NCBI GenBank assembly: GCA_963666485.2
Contig: CAXXUO010000004.1
Coordinates: forward strand, 1 to 64,000
DNA from: Syntrophorhabdaceae bacterium
GTDB lineage: Bacteria > Desulfobacterota > Syntrophorhabdia > Syntrophorhabdales > Syntrophorhabdaceae
DNA: 64,000 nucleotides
Direction of reading: 5' to 3'
The position numbers and the translations under genes were made by a program. Positions 28,308-36,558 of this stretch are shown in pieces. The notes under the pieces are model-generated. The model had not been told where the DNA came from. It worked only from the letters and a program-made list of their open reading frames with translations, and searched no databases. Position 1 is the first letter of the stretch, and each line of letters starts with the position of its first letter.

Positions 28308-28526
28308 TTACACGGAAACAACTTCTTTGACCTCCGGGATCTCCTGTTTCAACTGTTTTTCGACCCCCATTTTCAGCGTCATCGCACTCATCGGGCAGCT
28401 CCCGCATGCGCCCTGGAGTTTGACTTTGACGACACCATCGACAACATCTACAAGCTGGATATCGCCCCCATCCCTCTGCAGGAGGGGCCGTATCTTCTCG
28501 ATCACCTGCTCAACTTTTTCTCTCAT
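28308..28526 (-). CDS. NifU/NfuA-like Fe-S carrier domain protein
   Basis: IRP.LQRDGGD, GACGSCP. Confidence 0.92.
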   Translation of the reverse strand: MREKVEQVIEKIRPLLQRDGGDIQLVDVVDGVVKVKLQGACGSCPMSAMTLKMGVEKQLKQEIPEVKEVVSV

Positions 28527-29023
28527 GATCTCCTCCGTTGTTTTACCGTTTCTGCAGCTGTCTTTGCAGGTCTGGCATTGACATTTATCTTTATTTCTTT
28601 CGCTGTTTCCTTGCGCGATCTCGGCAGCTCGATTATCAGGACCCCGTCCTTGTACGCCGCAGACGCCTTGTTCGCGAGCACATTGCCGGGAAGAGAGATG
28701 GTCCGCGAAAACGGGCCGTACATTCTCTCGGACCGGTAGTAGTCCCTGTCCTTGAACCTTTCGTCCTGTTTCCTCTCGCCCTCTATGGTCAGCGTATCTT
28801 CCATCACGGTAACTGTAACGCCCTGAGGGTCTATTGCCGGCAGGTCCACGAGGACGGTGATGCTCTTTTCGCTGTCAATTATATCGACAGAAGGCATCCA
28901 GTTCGTTCCGGCGAACGAAGGAAACCCGGTATTTCCGAAAAAGTCCTCAAAAACCCTGTCCATTTCCTCCCGTAACGAAGGAAACCTCGTGTCCCACATA
29001 GATCTCCACGGTGTCAGGGGCAT
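28523..29023 (-). CDS. Hsp20/alpha-crystallin small heat shock protein
   Basis: P.VDI, DLP, GERK, ERMYGPFSRTISLP, YKDGVL.IELP. Confidence 0.92.
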   Translation of the reverse strand: MPLTPWRSMWDTRFPSLREEMDRVFEDFFGNTGFPSFAGTNWMPSVDIIDSEKSITVLVDLPAIDPQGVTVTVMEDTLTIEGERKQDERFKDRDYYRSERMYGPFSRTISLPGNVLANKASAAYKDGVLIIELPRSRKETAKEIKINVNARPAKTAAETVKQRRRS

Positions 29024-29042
29024 ATGAAACCTCCCATATATA

Positions 29043-29300
29043 TCACCCTTCTATAACTCTTTTCCAGAATGTGACGACTCCCGAATGATGGAAAAACAGT
29101 TCTACGAGCTCCCAGCCTTCACGTCCCATTTCGTTGAGCATGCTCGAAAGGTTGTCGAGCTGTTCCATACCGACGGCATGGACCTCGCATTCACCATCCG
29201 GCCTGCATGCATAGACAATATTGTTCTCTTCTTCGATGTCGATACCGGCATCTCTGAGCTGGCTTATCGTATAGGTTTTGACAGTGTATTCAAATTTCAT
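29043..29300 (-). CDS. DUF4177-like small protein
   Basis: FEY...LNEMGREGWELV...FWKR pattern. Confidence 0.75.
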   Translation of the reverse strand: MKFEYTVKTYTISQLRDAGIDIEEENNIVYACRPDGECEVHAVGMEQLDNLSSMLNEMGREGWELVELFFHHSGVVTFWKRVIEG

Positions 29301-29369
29301 CCGGTACCCCCGGTTAAAGATGCTTTATGGTATAATAGTAAACCATTATATGATATTTTTAAAGCGTTC

Positions 29370-30278
29370 ATGACCGATTTTCCATCGTACCTGAGATTAT
29401 ATGACGAAGATGTCCTCGGAGACCGGCTGGAGGCCATTCTTACGAGGGCTGCACCCTGCATGTTGTGCCCGAGGCAATGCATGGCCGACAGGGCCGCCGG
29501 GGACAGGGGTTATTGCCAGGCACCCTATGAGATATTCCTGTCGTCGGCCTCGCCCCATTTTGGCGAAGAGCCGCCCATCAGCGGGACGCGCGGCTCCGGC
29601 ACTATATTTTTCACACACTGTAATCTTCGCTGCAGCTTCTGCCAAAATTATGAGATCAGCATCCGGGGAGAGGGAATAAGCTGTGCAACCGCCGCACTGG
29701 CGGACGTGATGATGGACCTCCAGGGCAAAGGGTGCCATAACATCAATTTCGTCACACCGAGCCATTACGTGCACCAGATCCTGAGGGCGCTTCCCCTTGC
29801 CATAGAAAAAGGCCTCAGCATCCCTCTCGTCTATAATACAAGCGGATATGACTCTCCCGAGACCATAAGGCTGCTTGACGGCATATTCGACATATATATG
29901 CCTGACATAAAATTTATGGACCCTCTCCTTGCCTCCCGCTACTGCCGCGCCGAAAACTACCCGGCTGTGGTACAAGAGGTCATACGGGAAATGCACAGGC
30001 AGGTCGGGGACCTCGTTGCGGACGCTGGCGGTATAGCCCGGCGCGGGCTCCTTATACGCCATTTGCAGATGCCGTCGGCTGTTAGTGATTCGAAGGCGGT
30101 GCTGAATTTCATCGCTGCGCTATCAAAAAACTCGTTCGTCAATATCATGGCGCAATACTATCCCTGCCACCTCGCGGGTGAGATGCCCGAGATAGCCCGG
30201 AGGATATCCCCCGGGGAACATGAAGAGGTGATCAGCTACGCCCGGTCGATCGGCCTTATTCGCGCTGCTCGTTACTGA
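29370..30278 (+). CDS. Radical SAM protein (PflX-like)
   Basis: CMLCPRQC, HFGEEPP.SG, CNLRCSFCQN, NINFVTP, YMPDIK, GLLIRHL. Confidence 0.9.
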   Translation: MTDFPSYLRLYDEDVLGDRLEAILTRAAPCMLCPRQCMADRAAGDRGYCQAPYEIFLSSASPHFGEEPPISGTRGSGTIFFTHCNLRCSFCQNYEISIRGEGISCATAALADVMMDLQGKGCHNINFVTPSHYVHQILRALPLAIEKGLSIPLVYNTSGYDSPETIRLLDGIFDIYMPDIKFMDPLLASRYCRAENYPAVVQEVIREMHRQVGDLVADAGGIARRGLLIRHLQMPSAVSDSKAVLNFIAALSKNSFVNIMAQYYPCHLAGEMPEIARRISPGEHEEVISYARSIGLIRAARY

Positions 30279-30552
30279 TCTTCTTACTTAATATGGCGTT
30301 GTTCTTGATGATCTCATGAGGGTCTTTCCCCGAGACTTCCCATGAATATGCCCCCTTCCCGTCTCTTTTCAGCCTGATCTTGACCTCCCCCCGCATATTC
30401 TTTTTGATCTCTTCCAATTCTTTCTGGTACCGCGCGTCCTGCACAGGCCGCTCATATACCGGTGCCGGCCGCGTGCACCCCGATAGTGCGCAGTTAACGA
30501 AGAACACACCCAGGCAAAACATTAAGCCAGCAGACATCCGTTTCACAATCAT
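30256..30552 (-). CDS. Putative lipoprotein
   Basis: Signal-like N-terminus with LSG-C lipobox; GGAGG RBS. Confidence 0.65.
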   Translation of the reverse strand: MIVKRMSAGLMFCLGVFFVNCALSGCTRPAPVYERPVQDARYQKELEEIKKNMRGEVKIRLKRDGKGAYSWEVSGKDPHEIIKNNAILSKKISNEQRE

Positions 30553-30693
30553 CGATCCTCCTGTAAAATCCTGAATTCCTGATAACCCGGTATATGGTAT
30601 TACTTTTCAACCCGTAAAAATTTCCCACACCTGAAACGATTGTCCCTTTTGATTTTCGCCCGGAAAATGATAATCTTACGTATAAACACAACT

Positions 30694-30726
30694 CGCCGTA
30701 CGCCGTTAGCCGTACGCCGTTAGCCG
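30694..30726 (+). repeat. Heptamer array (GCCGTAC/GCCGTTA alternating) upstream of arfB
   Basis: CGCCGTACGCCGTTAGCCGTACGCCGTTAGCCG. Confidence 0.85.
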
Positions 30727-30735
30727 GTATTTTAT

Positions 30736-31167
30736 ATGCCAGAATCATTAAAATTTTCCGTCAGTCCCGAAAAAGAAAAAGCCCTTCGCCAGAGGTTCGC
30801 CGACCTCGGCATCGATGAGAACGACATTGTCGAGCGTTTTGTCCGTTCAGGCGGTCACGGCGGCCAGAACGTCAACAAAGTATCGACCTGCGTCTACCTC
30901 AAACACATCCCGTCCGGCATTGAGGTCAAGTGCCAGAGGGAGCGCTCACAGGCCCTGAACCGCTTCATCGCACGGCGGATACTTGCCGACAAGGTCGAGA
31001 ATGCCCTCCTGGGGAAGGAAAGCCGGCAGCAGCAGGAACGCGAAAAGATACGCCGGCAAAAACGGCGGCGTTCCCGCAGGGCGAAGGAAAAGGTGCTCCA
31101 GCTGAAACATCACACTGCCACAAAGAAGCGGGAGCGGGCGTATAGGCCGGATGAAAGCGACGGCTGA
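30736..31167 (+). CDS. arfB: Peptidyl-tRNA hydrolase ArfB-like ribosome rescue factor
   Basis: RSGGHGGQNVNK, ERSQ..NR, basic C-terminal tail. Confidence 0.85.
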   Translation: MPESLKFSVSPEKEKALRQRFADLGIDENDIVERFVRSGGHGGQNVNKVSTCVYLKHIPSGIEVKCQRERSQALNRFIARRILADKVENALLGKESRQQQEREKIRRQKRRRSRRAKEKVLQLKHHTATKKRERAYRPDESDG

Positions 31168-31217
31168 CGGCTGACGGCTGACGGCTGACGGCTGACGGCT
31201 GACGGCTGACGGCTGAC
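31159..31217 (+). repeat. Perfect tandem repeat (GACGGCT)8+3
   Basis: 8 exact 7-bp units; includes the arfB stop codon. Confidence 0.95.
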
Positions 31218-31324
31218 AAAGAATAGCGAAGATACTTGAAAAGGCAAGCGGAAAGCTTGCCTTTTTATTTGGCTCGTAAATTTCACTAGTCAACATTTGC
31301 GTTGACAACCTCATCCGTATTCTG

Positions 31325-31364
31325 TTCTTTTCCGTCAGCCGTACGCCGTCAGCCGTACGCCGTT
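31325..31364 (+). repeat. Heptamer array (GCCGTAC/GCCGTCA), inverted partner of 31159-31217
   Basis: TTCTTTTCCGTCAGCCGTACGCCGTCAGCCGTACGCCGTT. Confidence 0.9.
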
Positions 31365-31403
31365 CCCCTTAAGCCGTCCACCGTTTCTGCCGATAATCAT
31401 TTT

Positions 31404-34100
31404 GTGAGCCTTGACGTTACATCCCGGGAGAAACCGGTAGGAAACTTTCTTTCCTCGCTTCTCGAGGCCTATCCCGACGCTTCAATGCGTGACATAGCCG
31501 TTCTCTTCACCGATGTCGTCGGCTCGACAAACTTCTTCAAGACGCACGGCGATATCCGCGGCAGGGAAATGCTGAGGACCCATCACCGGATGGCAATGTC
31601 TATCATCGAGACATACGGCGGACGGCTCATAAAAGAGGTCGGGGATTCGGTGCTCGTCTATTTCCCGGATACCGTCGATGCCCTGAATGCATCAATAAAG
31701 ATTCAGCAGAAGTTTTTCCTTCATAACATGGAGAGTATCGACGAGGACAAGATCCATGTCAGGGTCGGTCTGCATCATGGCCGGGTCATAGTGGAAGACA
31801 AAGACATCTACGGTGATGTGGTCAATGTTGCGGCGAAGCTGACCAACCTCGCGGGAAGCGACCAGATATTCGTTTCCCACGAAATATACGAAACTACGAA
31901 GCACCTTCCCTCGATCCAGTTTGAAGGCATTGATTTCTGGAAAATGCAGAAGGTCCCTGACGGTCTCAAGATATACAGGGTCGTCTGGGAGCACGCTTTT
32001 GCCGCAGCCCCGTCAAAAAAAGTCTTCGCGATCATAGTCCATGACCCCGCGCGGCCGGACTTTGCGGTGACCGAAGACGATATCACCGCACCGGCCGCAA
32101 GTCTCAATAACGATCACAAGAAACCGTACCTTTCCCTCGGCCGGACGCCCGGCAATGATCTGACGGTCGCCTATGACACGATCCATACCGCGGTAAATGC
32201 CGCACGGAGCATATATTCCCACCTGCTGGGCCGCCACCATTCAGGCAACGGCCGGCTGCCCGTAAAAATATACGTCAGGTGCGCTTCCACCCAGGACGAA
32301 AGAACAGTCCTGTCCCAGGGTGCAGGAAATGATCTTAATGGTGTTGACTTCGGGAATATCTATATCGCCCCGGAAGTCTACCAGTACATGAACAATTATT
32401 ACCGCATAGCGGGGGAAACAGGCCCCGGCTTTGAAGAGGCCGGCAATGTTTATACCATGCTCGATGAGACAAGGCCGGCTGAATCCCCGGCCATTGCCGA
32501 CGCGAGCGGCGCGACCGGCGCGACCGGCCCCGCTGCCGCAGCCTCTCAGATGATGTGCTTCTATTGCGGGAGCGGCCGTCACACAGCCTCCTCGTGTCCT
32601 TCAAAGGGTCTCGCGGAGACCGGAAGGTCGCTCAACAGGCTGGGATACTATTCCGTGCACGCGATCGAAGAGCTTGCGCGGTCCATCCAGAGCCCTTCCG
32701 AAGACATCAAGGTGTCAGCACAGGCATTTTCGATCGAATCTCAGCTGACGAAACAGGAATTAATAGCGCACGCCTTCTATGATCTCAGGAGCATCTACCA
32801 GCTTCGTTTTCACCAGACCGTCTGGAACACGAAGGCCAAAACATGGGAGACCATGCTTTCCGGGATCATTGAGAACCAGGGTGGCTTCGCCTGGCTTGCC
32901 CAGGATTCACTGCGCGTTGGCAGTTTCGAAAAAGCGAGGTCTTTCGTCAAGCTGGCCCTCGAACGAAAACCGCGTGATTACAAGGCCTGGTGCATCTCGG
33001 GGTTTTTGAGTATCGAAAACGGCGACCTTGCTGCCGCGTGCAATGATTTCGAGACAGCATTTGAATGTGCCGATGCGGGGATCCCGAAAACATACGTCTC
33101 TCTCATTCTCGCGCGGCTCTATAAATTTGCAGGCGACCAGAAACGCTTAAGGGAGATGGTCAGTGCGATCCTCGCAAGCGACCCCACGTGCAGGGAAGCA
33201 TTGTATGAGGATGTGATCCTGAGATTCACGGACAATAGTGAAAAATCGGCGATACAGCGCTTGATGAGGCTCGTGCGTGATCACAGGGATTATTTCGTGA
33301 TCGCGCTCATCGATCCCGAGATCAGAGCGTGGAGGAATGTCATTTACCCGCATGTTTTCGAGATCCTCCTCGAGGCAAAAAAGGAGGCTGCGGGCCATTA
33401 CGAAGACGCAAAGAAAGAGATCGGGAAGATACGGTCATTGCTTGCCCGGGAGACGCTGGAAACGATAGACCCCCTGCTCATCGAAATAGAACGGCTGGCA
33501 CAGTCAGAGAGCTATGCGGCCTGCCTCGACGTTCCGTCGAAATGCAGCAGTGTCAGGATAATCTGTAAAAACGCCCTCAACGAACAGATCCACATGATAA
33601 CGGACGTTATCCGGACACTCAGGTCGCGGTTTCAAAAGGCGGATGAATTCCTCGCGTCATACCGGTATCACTATTTTGTGCGTAATTACAGGCGGCAACT
33701 TGACTACCTCAAGACAACGCTCGCCAACGTCGGCGACGTGCGCATTTTTGAATCCTCCGCGCAGTTTCAGCGCTGTTATGAGACCTGTCAGGAAATATCC
33801 CGTGAACTGTCGTCGCTCGAAACCTCGATGGAATACCTCGATATGACGGCACAGATGATAAATATGTGCTGGAAATTCCTGAAGCACTCATCAATCTTCT
33901 TTTCGATCGTGTTCTTCCTTGGCGTCTTCATCTTTCCCCTGATCTCGGACCAGTTGAATGCAATCGTGTCGCGGCTCGACATTTCCGTCTTCCCGAACTC
34001 ATGGTCACTGCAAAAATCCCTGTTGATCTTCGGAGGAATTCTCAGCCTCGTTGCATCCTTTCTTATCGCCATCAAGGAAGCGCTGAAAGGCAGGGAATAG
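31404..34100 (+). CDS. Class III adenylate/guanylate cyclase-domain protein with Zn knuckle, TPR-like region and C-terminal TM helices
   Basis: VLFTDVVGST, IKEVGD, RVGLHHG, DIYGDVVNVAAKL; CFYCGSGRHTASSC; two hydrophobic C-terminal segments; start uncertain. Confidence 0.82.
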   Translation: MSLDVTSREKPVGNFLSSLLEAYPDASMRDIAVLFTDVVGSTNFFKTHGDIRGREMLRTHHRMAMSIIETYGGRLIKEVGDSVLVYFPDTVDALNASIKIQQKFFLHNMESIDEDKIHVRVGLHHGRVIVEDKDIYGDVVNVAAKLTNLAGSDQIFVSHEIYETTKHLPSIQFEGIDFWKMQKVPDGLKIYRVVWEHAFAAAPSKKVFAIIVHDPARPDFAVTEDDITAPAASLNNDHKKPYLSLGRTPGNDLTVAYDTIHTAVNAARSIYSHLLGRHHSGNGRLPVKIYVRCASTQDERTVLSQGAGNDLNGVDFGNIYIAPEVYQYMNNYYRIAGETGPGFEEAGNVYTMLDETRPAESPAIADASGATGATGPAAAASQMMCFYCGSGRHTASSCPSKGLAETGRSLNRLGYYSVHAIEELARSIQSPSEDIKVSAQAFSIESQLTKQELIAHAFYDLRSIYQLRFHQTVWNTKAKTWETMLSGIIENQGGFAWLAQDSLRVGSFEKARSFVKLALERKPRDYKAWCISGFLSIENGDLAAACNDFETAFECADAGIPKTYVSLILARLYKFAGDQKRLREMVSAILASDPTCREALYEDVILRFTDNSEKSAIQRLMRLVRDHRDYFVIALIDPEIRAWRNVIYPHVFEILLEAKKEAAGHYEDAKKEIGKIRSLLARETLETIDPLLIEIERLAQSESYAACLDVPSKCSSVRIICKNALNEQIHMITDVIRTLRSRFQKADEFLASYRYHYFVRNYRRQLDYLKTTLANVGDVRIFESSAQFQRCYETCQEISRELSSLETSMEYLDMTAQMINMCWKFLKHSSIFFSIVFFLGVFIFPLISDQLNAIVSRLDISVFPNSWSLQKSLLIFGGILSLVASFLIAIKEALKGRE

Positions 34101-34142
34101 CCGTTGATAACACAATAAAAGACCACCCATATATTGACCCTT

Positions 34143-34266
34143 TACCAACTATCGTCATCCACTACCACCTATCGTCATCCACTACCACCTATCGTCATCC
34201 ACTACCACCTATCGTCATCCACTACCATCCATAGTCATCCCCTACCATCGATAGTCATCCCCTACC
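34143..34266 (+). repeat. 20-bp tandem array (TACCACCTATCGTCATCCAC, ~6 units)
   Basis: Direct reading; inner units diverge. Confidence 0.92.
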
Positions 34267-34274
34267 CCCCCCGC

Positions 34275-34425
34275 CGTCATCCCGGTGCTTGACACCGGGA
34301 TCCAAGGTTTTCGCACTTTCTCCTACTCCCACTTTCATGATTGCTGCCCCTTTGGGCTACGTAAACTCGAAACCAGGAAACAAAGGCAAAGACACTGGAT
34401 CCCGGTGTCGAGCACCGGGATGACG
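34275..34425. repeat. Inverted pair of CGTC-type REP palindromes with 91-bp spacer
   Basis: CGTCATCCCGGTGCTTGACACCGGGATCCA (34275-34304) and TGGATCCCGGTGTCGAGCACCGGGATGACG (34396-34425), 1 mismatch. Confidence 0.9.
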
Positions 34426-34566
34426 GCTGGTGGGTGCGGATGACGGCTGGTGGGTGCGGATGACGGCTGGTGGGTGCGGATGAGGGCTGGTGGGTGCGGA
34501 TGAGGGCTGGTGGGTGCGGATGAGGGCTGGTGGGTATATGATGACGGCTGGTGAGTAGGTGACGGC
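34418..34566 (+). repeat. 20-bp tandem array (GGATGA[C/G]GGCTGGTGGGTGC x6 plus 2 degenerate units)
   Basis: Direct reading. Confidence 0.92.
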
Positions 34567-34649
34567 GAGGGGTTGTCGTTCATTAAGCCACCAACCTCTA
34601 GCCTTTATTCTTTACAGTTCATCCTTCTGTCGATATAATATCCACCTGT

Positions 34650-35309
34650 ATGTCGAACTTGAGCTTGAACGAACTCGCCGAACTGCTCCTCGTCGCGTCA
34701 CTCGCGGAGACCGAAGAACTCGGTCATATGAACTTCTTCATCTCCGTTACTGAAATAGCGGCAAACCTCGGCATCGAAGACCAGGAGCAGATCATTGAAG
34801 CCTGCCACCTCCTCGAAGAAAAAGGCTGCATTCTCCTCGCATTTGACCACGCGACTGCTTTGAGCGCTTCGATCACTCCTGAAGGGGAGGCATATGTGGA
34901 GCGGGGCGGGGAAACAGGGATAATCGGCGAATATCAGAGATACAGGACGGCCAGGGCAACGGGCAACGTACCCGGCATCGAATTCGAGGGGCCCGACCAA
35001 CCCGTACCGGAAAGCATCCCGTCCGGCCCACCCCCGCAAAGTACGCCTGACCCGGTCATGCATAACCCTTCACCGGGGGCAGCGCGAGAGGACCTGACTC
35101 ATATCATCGCCAGCCTTGAAATGTTGATAAGCAATGACCCTTCGGTATCGGCGGCCGAGAAGTCCGACCTCATTCTGGACCTCAAGAGCCTTGCCTTCCA
35201 GGCGTCGAGGAACACCCCGCGAAAGGCCGTCATAAGCGCAATTGCATCGGACTTGAGAAAACTTCCCGCCCTTACGGCCCTTGTCGATCTCCTTCTTACA
35301 AAGATCTGA
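34650..35309 (+). CDS. Hypothetical protein (wHTH-like N-terminus, Pro-rich linker, helical C-terminus)
   Basis: 219-aa ORF; SVTEIAANLGI...HLLEEKG...ITPEG. Confidence 0.7.
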   Translation: MSNLSLNELAELLLVASLAETEELGHMNFFISVTEIAANLGIEDQEQIIEACHLLEEKGCILLAFDHATALSASITPEGEAYVERGGETGIIGEYQRYRTARATGNVPGIEFEGPDQPVPESIPSGPPPQSTPDPVMHNPSPGAAREDLTHIIASLEMLISNDPSVSAAEKSDLILDLKSLAFQASRNTPRKAVISAIASDLRKLPALTALVDLLLTKI

Positions 35310-35494
35310 AATAAAGAAGATGCTTAATTATCCATGATGCAGGGTTGTCCGGCTGGTCGTGTGCTCCGGTTAATATTCTTGCCATCCTGTTTACGCGAAA
35401 AGATGTCGGAACGCGCATAACCGTCGGTATGCGTGCTACAGGGAGGAAGGTCTATCCGCCCGTATTCCGAACCTCCACGGGCGGAAATCAGTCA

Positions 35495-35968
35495 TTATTC
35501 AAACGAAAAATCCAGGAACATGACTTCCTGGGTCCCGTTCCCTACTGAAAAATTGAAAGGCAGCTGAACGATAGGGAGTGTCGTGATGAAGTTCAGTTCG
35601 ATCTCCTTTCCGACGATAACCATCGGGATAGCCGCCTTGAGGTTGATCCCTGCCTTCTCAAACTCTTTTCTCGCCTGCCCGGAGATTATGTTCGTTATCT
35701 CGCCGATGGCATCGACCACATCCGGATTGATCGACTCTGATTCATCCCCGATGAGGGTTTTGTATATGAAAAGGGCGCCTTTGTCCTGGAAACTGATCGT
35801 AATGGTGCCCTTCTTGTCACCGACGAGGCCCATGATACCCGTCACCTCGCCCGAAGTGGTCCGGCTCGTCTTTATCACCGGCTTACTTAAAGTGGCCTCG
35901 ATCCCCAGCATGGTCTTGAAAACAGACTGGGCTGCCATGATAAAAGGGTTAATATACTTAACGTCCAT
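35495..35968 (-). CDS. cheX: CheX chemotaxis phosphatase
   Basis: YINPFI, VTGIMGLVG, DAIGEITNIISG (ExxN). Confidence 0.92.
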   Translation of the reverse strand: MDVKYINPFIMAAQSVFKTMLGIEATLSKPVIKTSRTTSGEVTGIMGLVGDKKGTITISFQDKGALFIYKTLIGDESESINPDVVDAIGEITNIISGQARKEFEKAGINLKAAIPMVIVGKEIELNFITTLPIVQLPFNFSVGNGTQEVMFLDFSFE

Positions 35969-35986
35969 CGACTCCCTCCGGCGCTG

Positions 35987-36361
35987 TTATTTTCCGACCT
36001 TGGCTTTTGCCTTATCTATCGCTTCCCGCAGCTTGTCAGGCGTGAACGGTTTTACGATATAATTATCGACACCCGACTTTATGGCCTCCATGATCATGTC
36101 CTTCTGCGCCTCCGCGGTGACCATGATAAAGGGGATCTTCTTGATGTTGTCATCGGCCTTGCAGGCCTTCAGAAACTCTATGCCCGTCATCTCCGGCATG
36201 ATCCAGTCGCTTACGATGAGGTCCACGGTGTCCCCGGCGAGGATACTGAGGGCATGTTTGCCATTCTCCGCCTCGAGCACATTCTCTATATTGATCTGCT
36301 TCAAGACATTCTTGATAATCTTTCTCATCGTCGCAAAATCGTCAACAACGAGTACTTTCAT
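35987..36361 (-). CDS. cheY: CheY response regulator
   Basis: VVDDFATMR, SDW.MPEMTG, MVTAEA, YIVKPFT. Confidence 0.92.
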   Translation of the reverse strand: MKVLVVDDFATMRKIIKNVLKQINIENVLEAENGKHALSILAGDTVDLIVSDWIMPEMTGIEFLKACKADDNIKKIPFIMVTAEAQKDMIMEAIKSGVDNYIVKPFTPDKLREAIDKAKAKVGK

Positions 36362-36558
36362 AGACTAACCTCCATTATTCGGGGTTCAGGTTCATGCCAA
36401 ACTAAGTAATTTATCGTGCAAAGCTCAATTAACTTAATAAGACCCGCGAACATTTATCGTAAATATCAGCGGTTTTAGGCCGCGCAGGCCTTTGAACAGT
36501 TGCGGCATGGCGTTAAAATCTTGTAATATCTTATAAACGAACAGTCACGGGCCAAAGC

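Noticed and set aside
31165..31217. Selenocysteine read-through of the arfB TGA
   Set aside because: ArfB is already full length, another in-frame TGA follows within the repeat, and no SECIS-like hairpin is evident
31302..31403. N-terminal extension of the cyclase in the ORF track
   Set aside because: Runs through the heptamer array from a TTG; more likely intergenic
34143..34566. CRISPR array
   Set aside because: Units are contiguous 20-bp tandem repeats without unique spacers, and there are no cas genes in the window
34335..34583. 82-aa Pro/His-rich ORF (also 33866-34234 and 30946-31314)
   Set aside because: Translations of tandem repeats; no RBS or protein-like features
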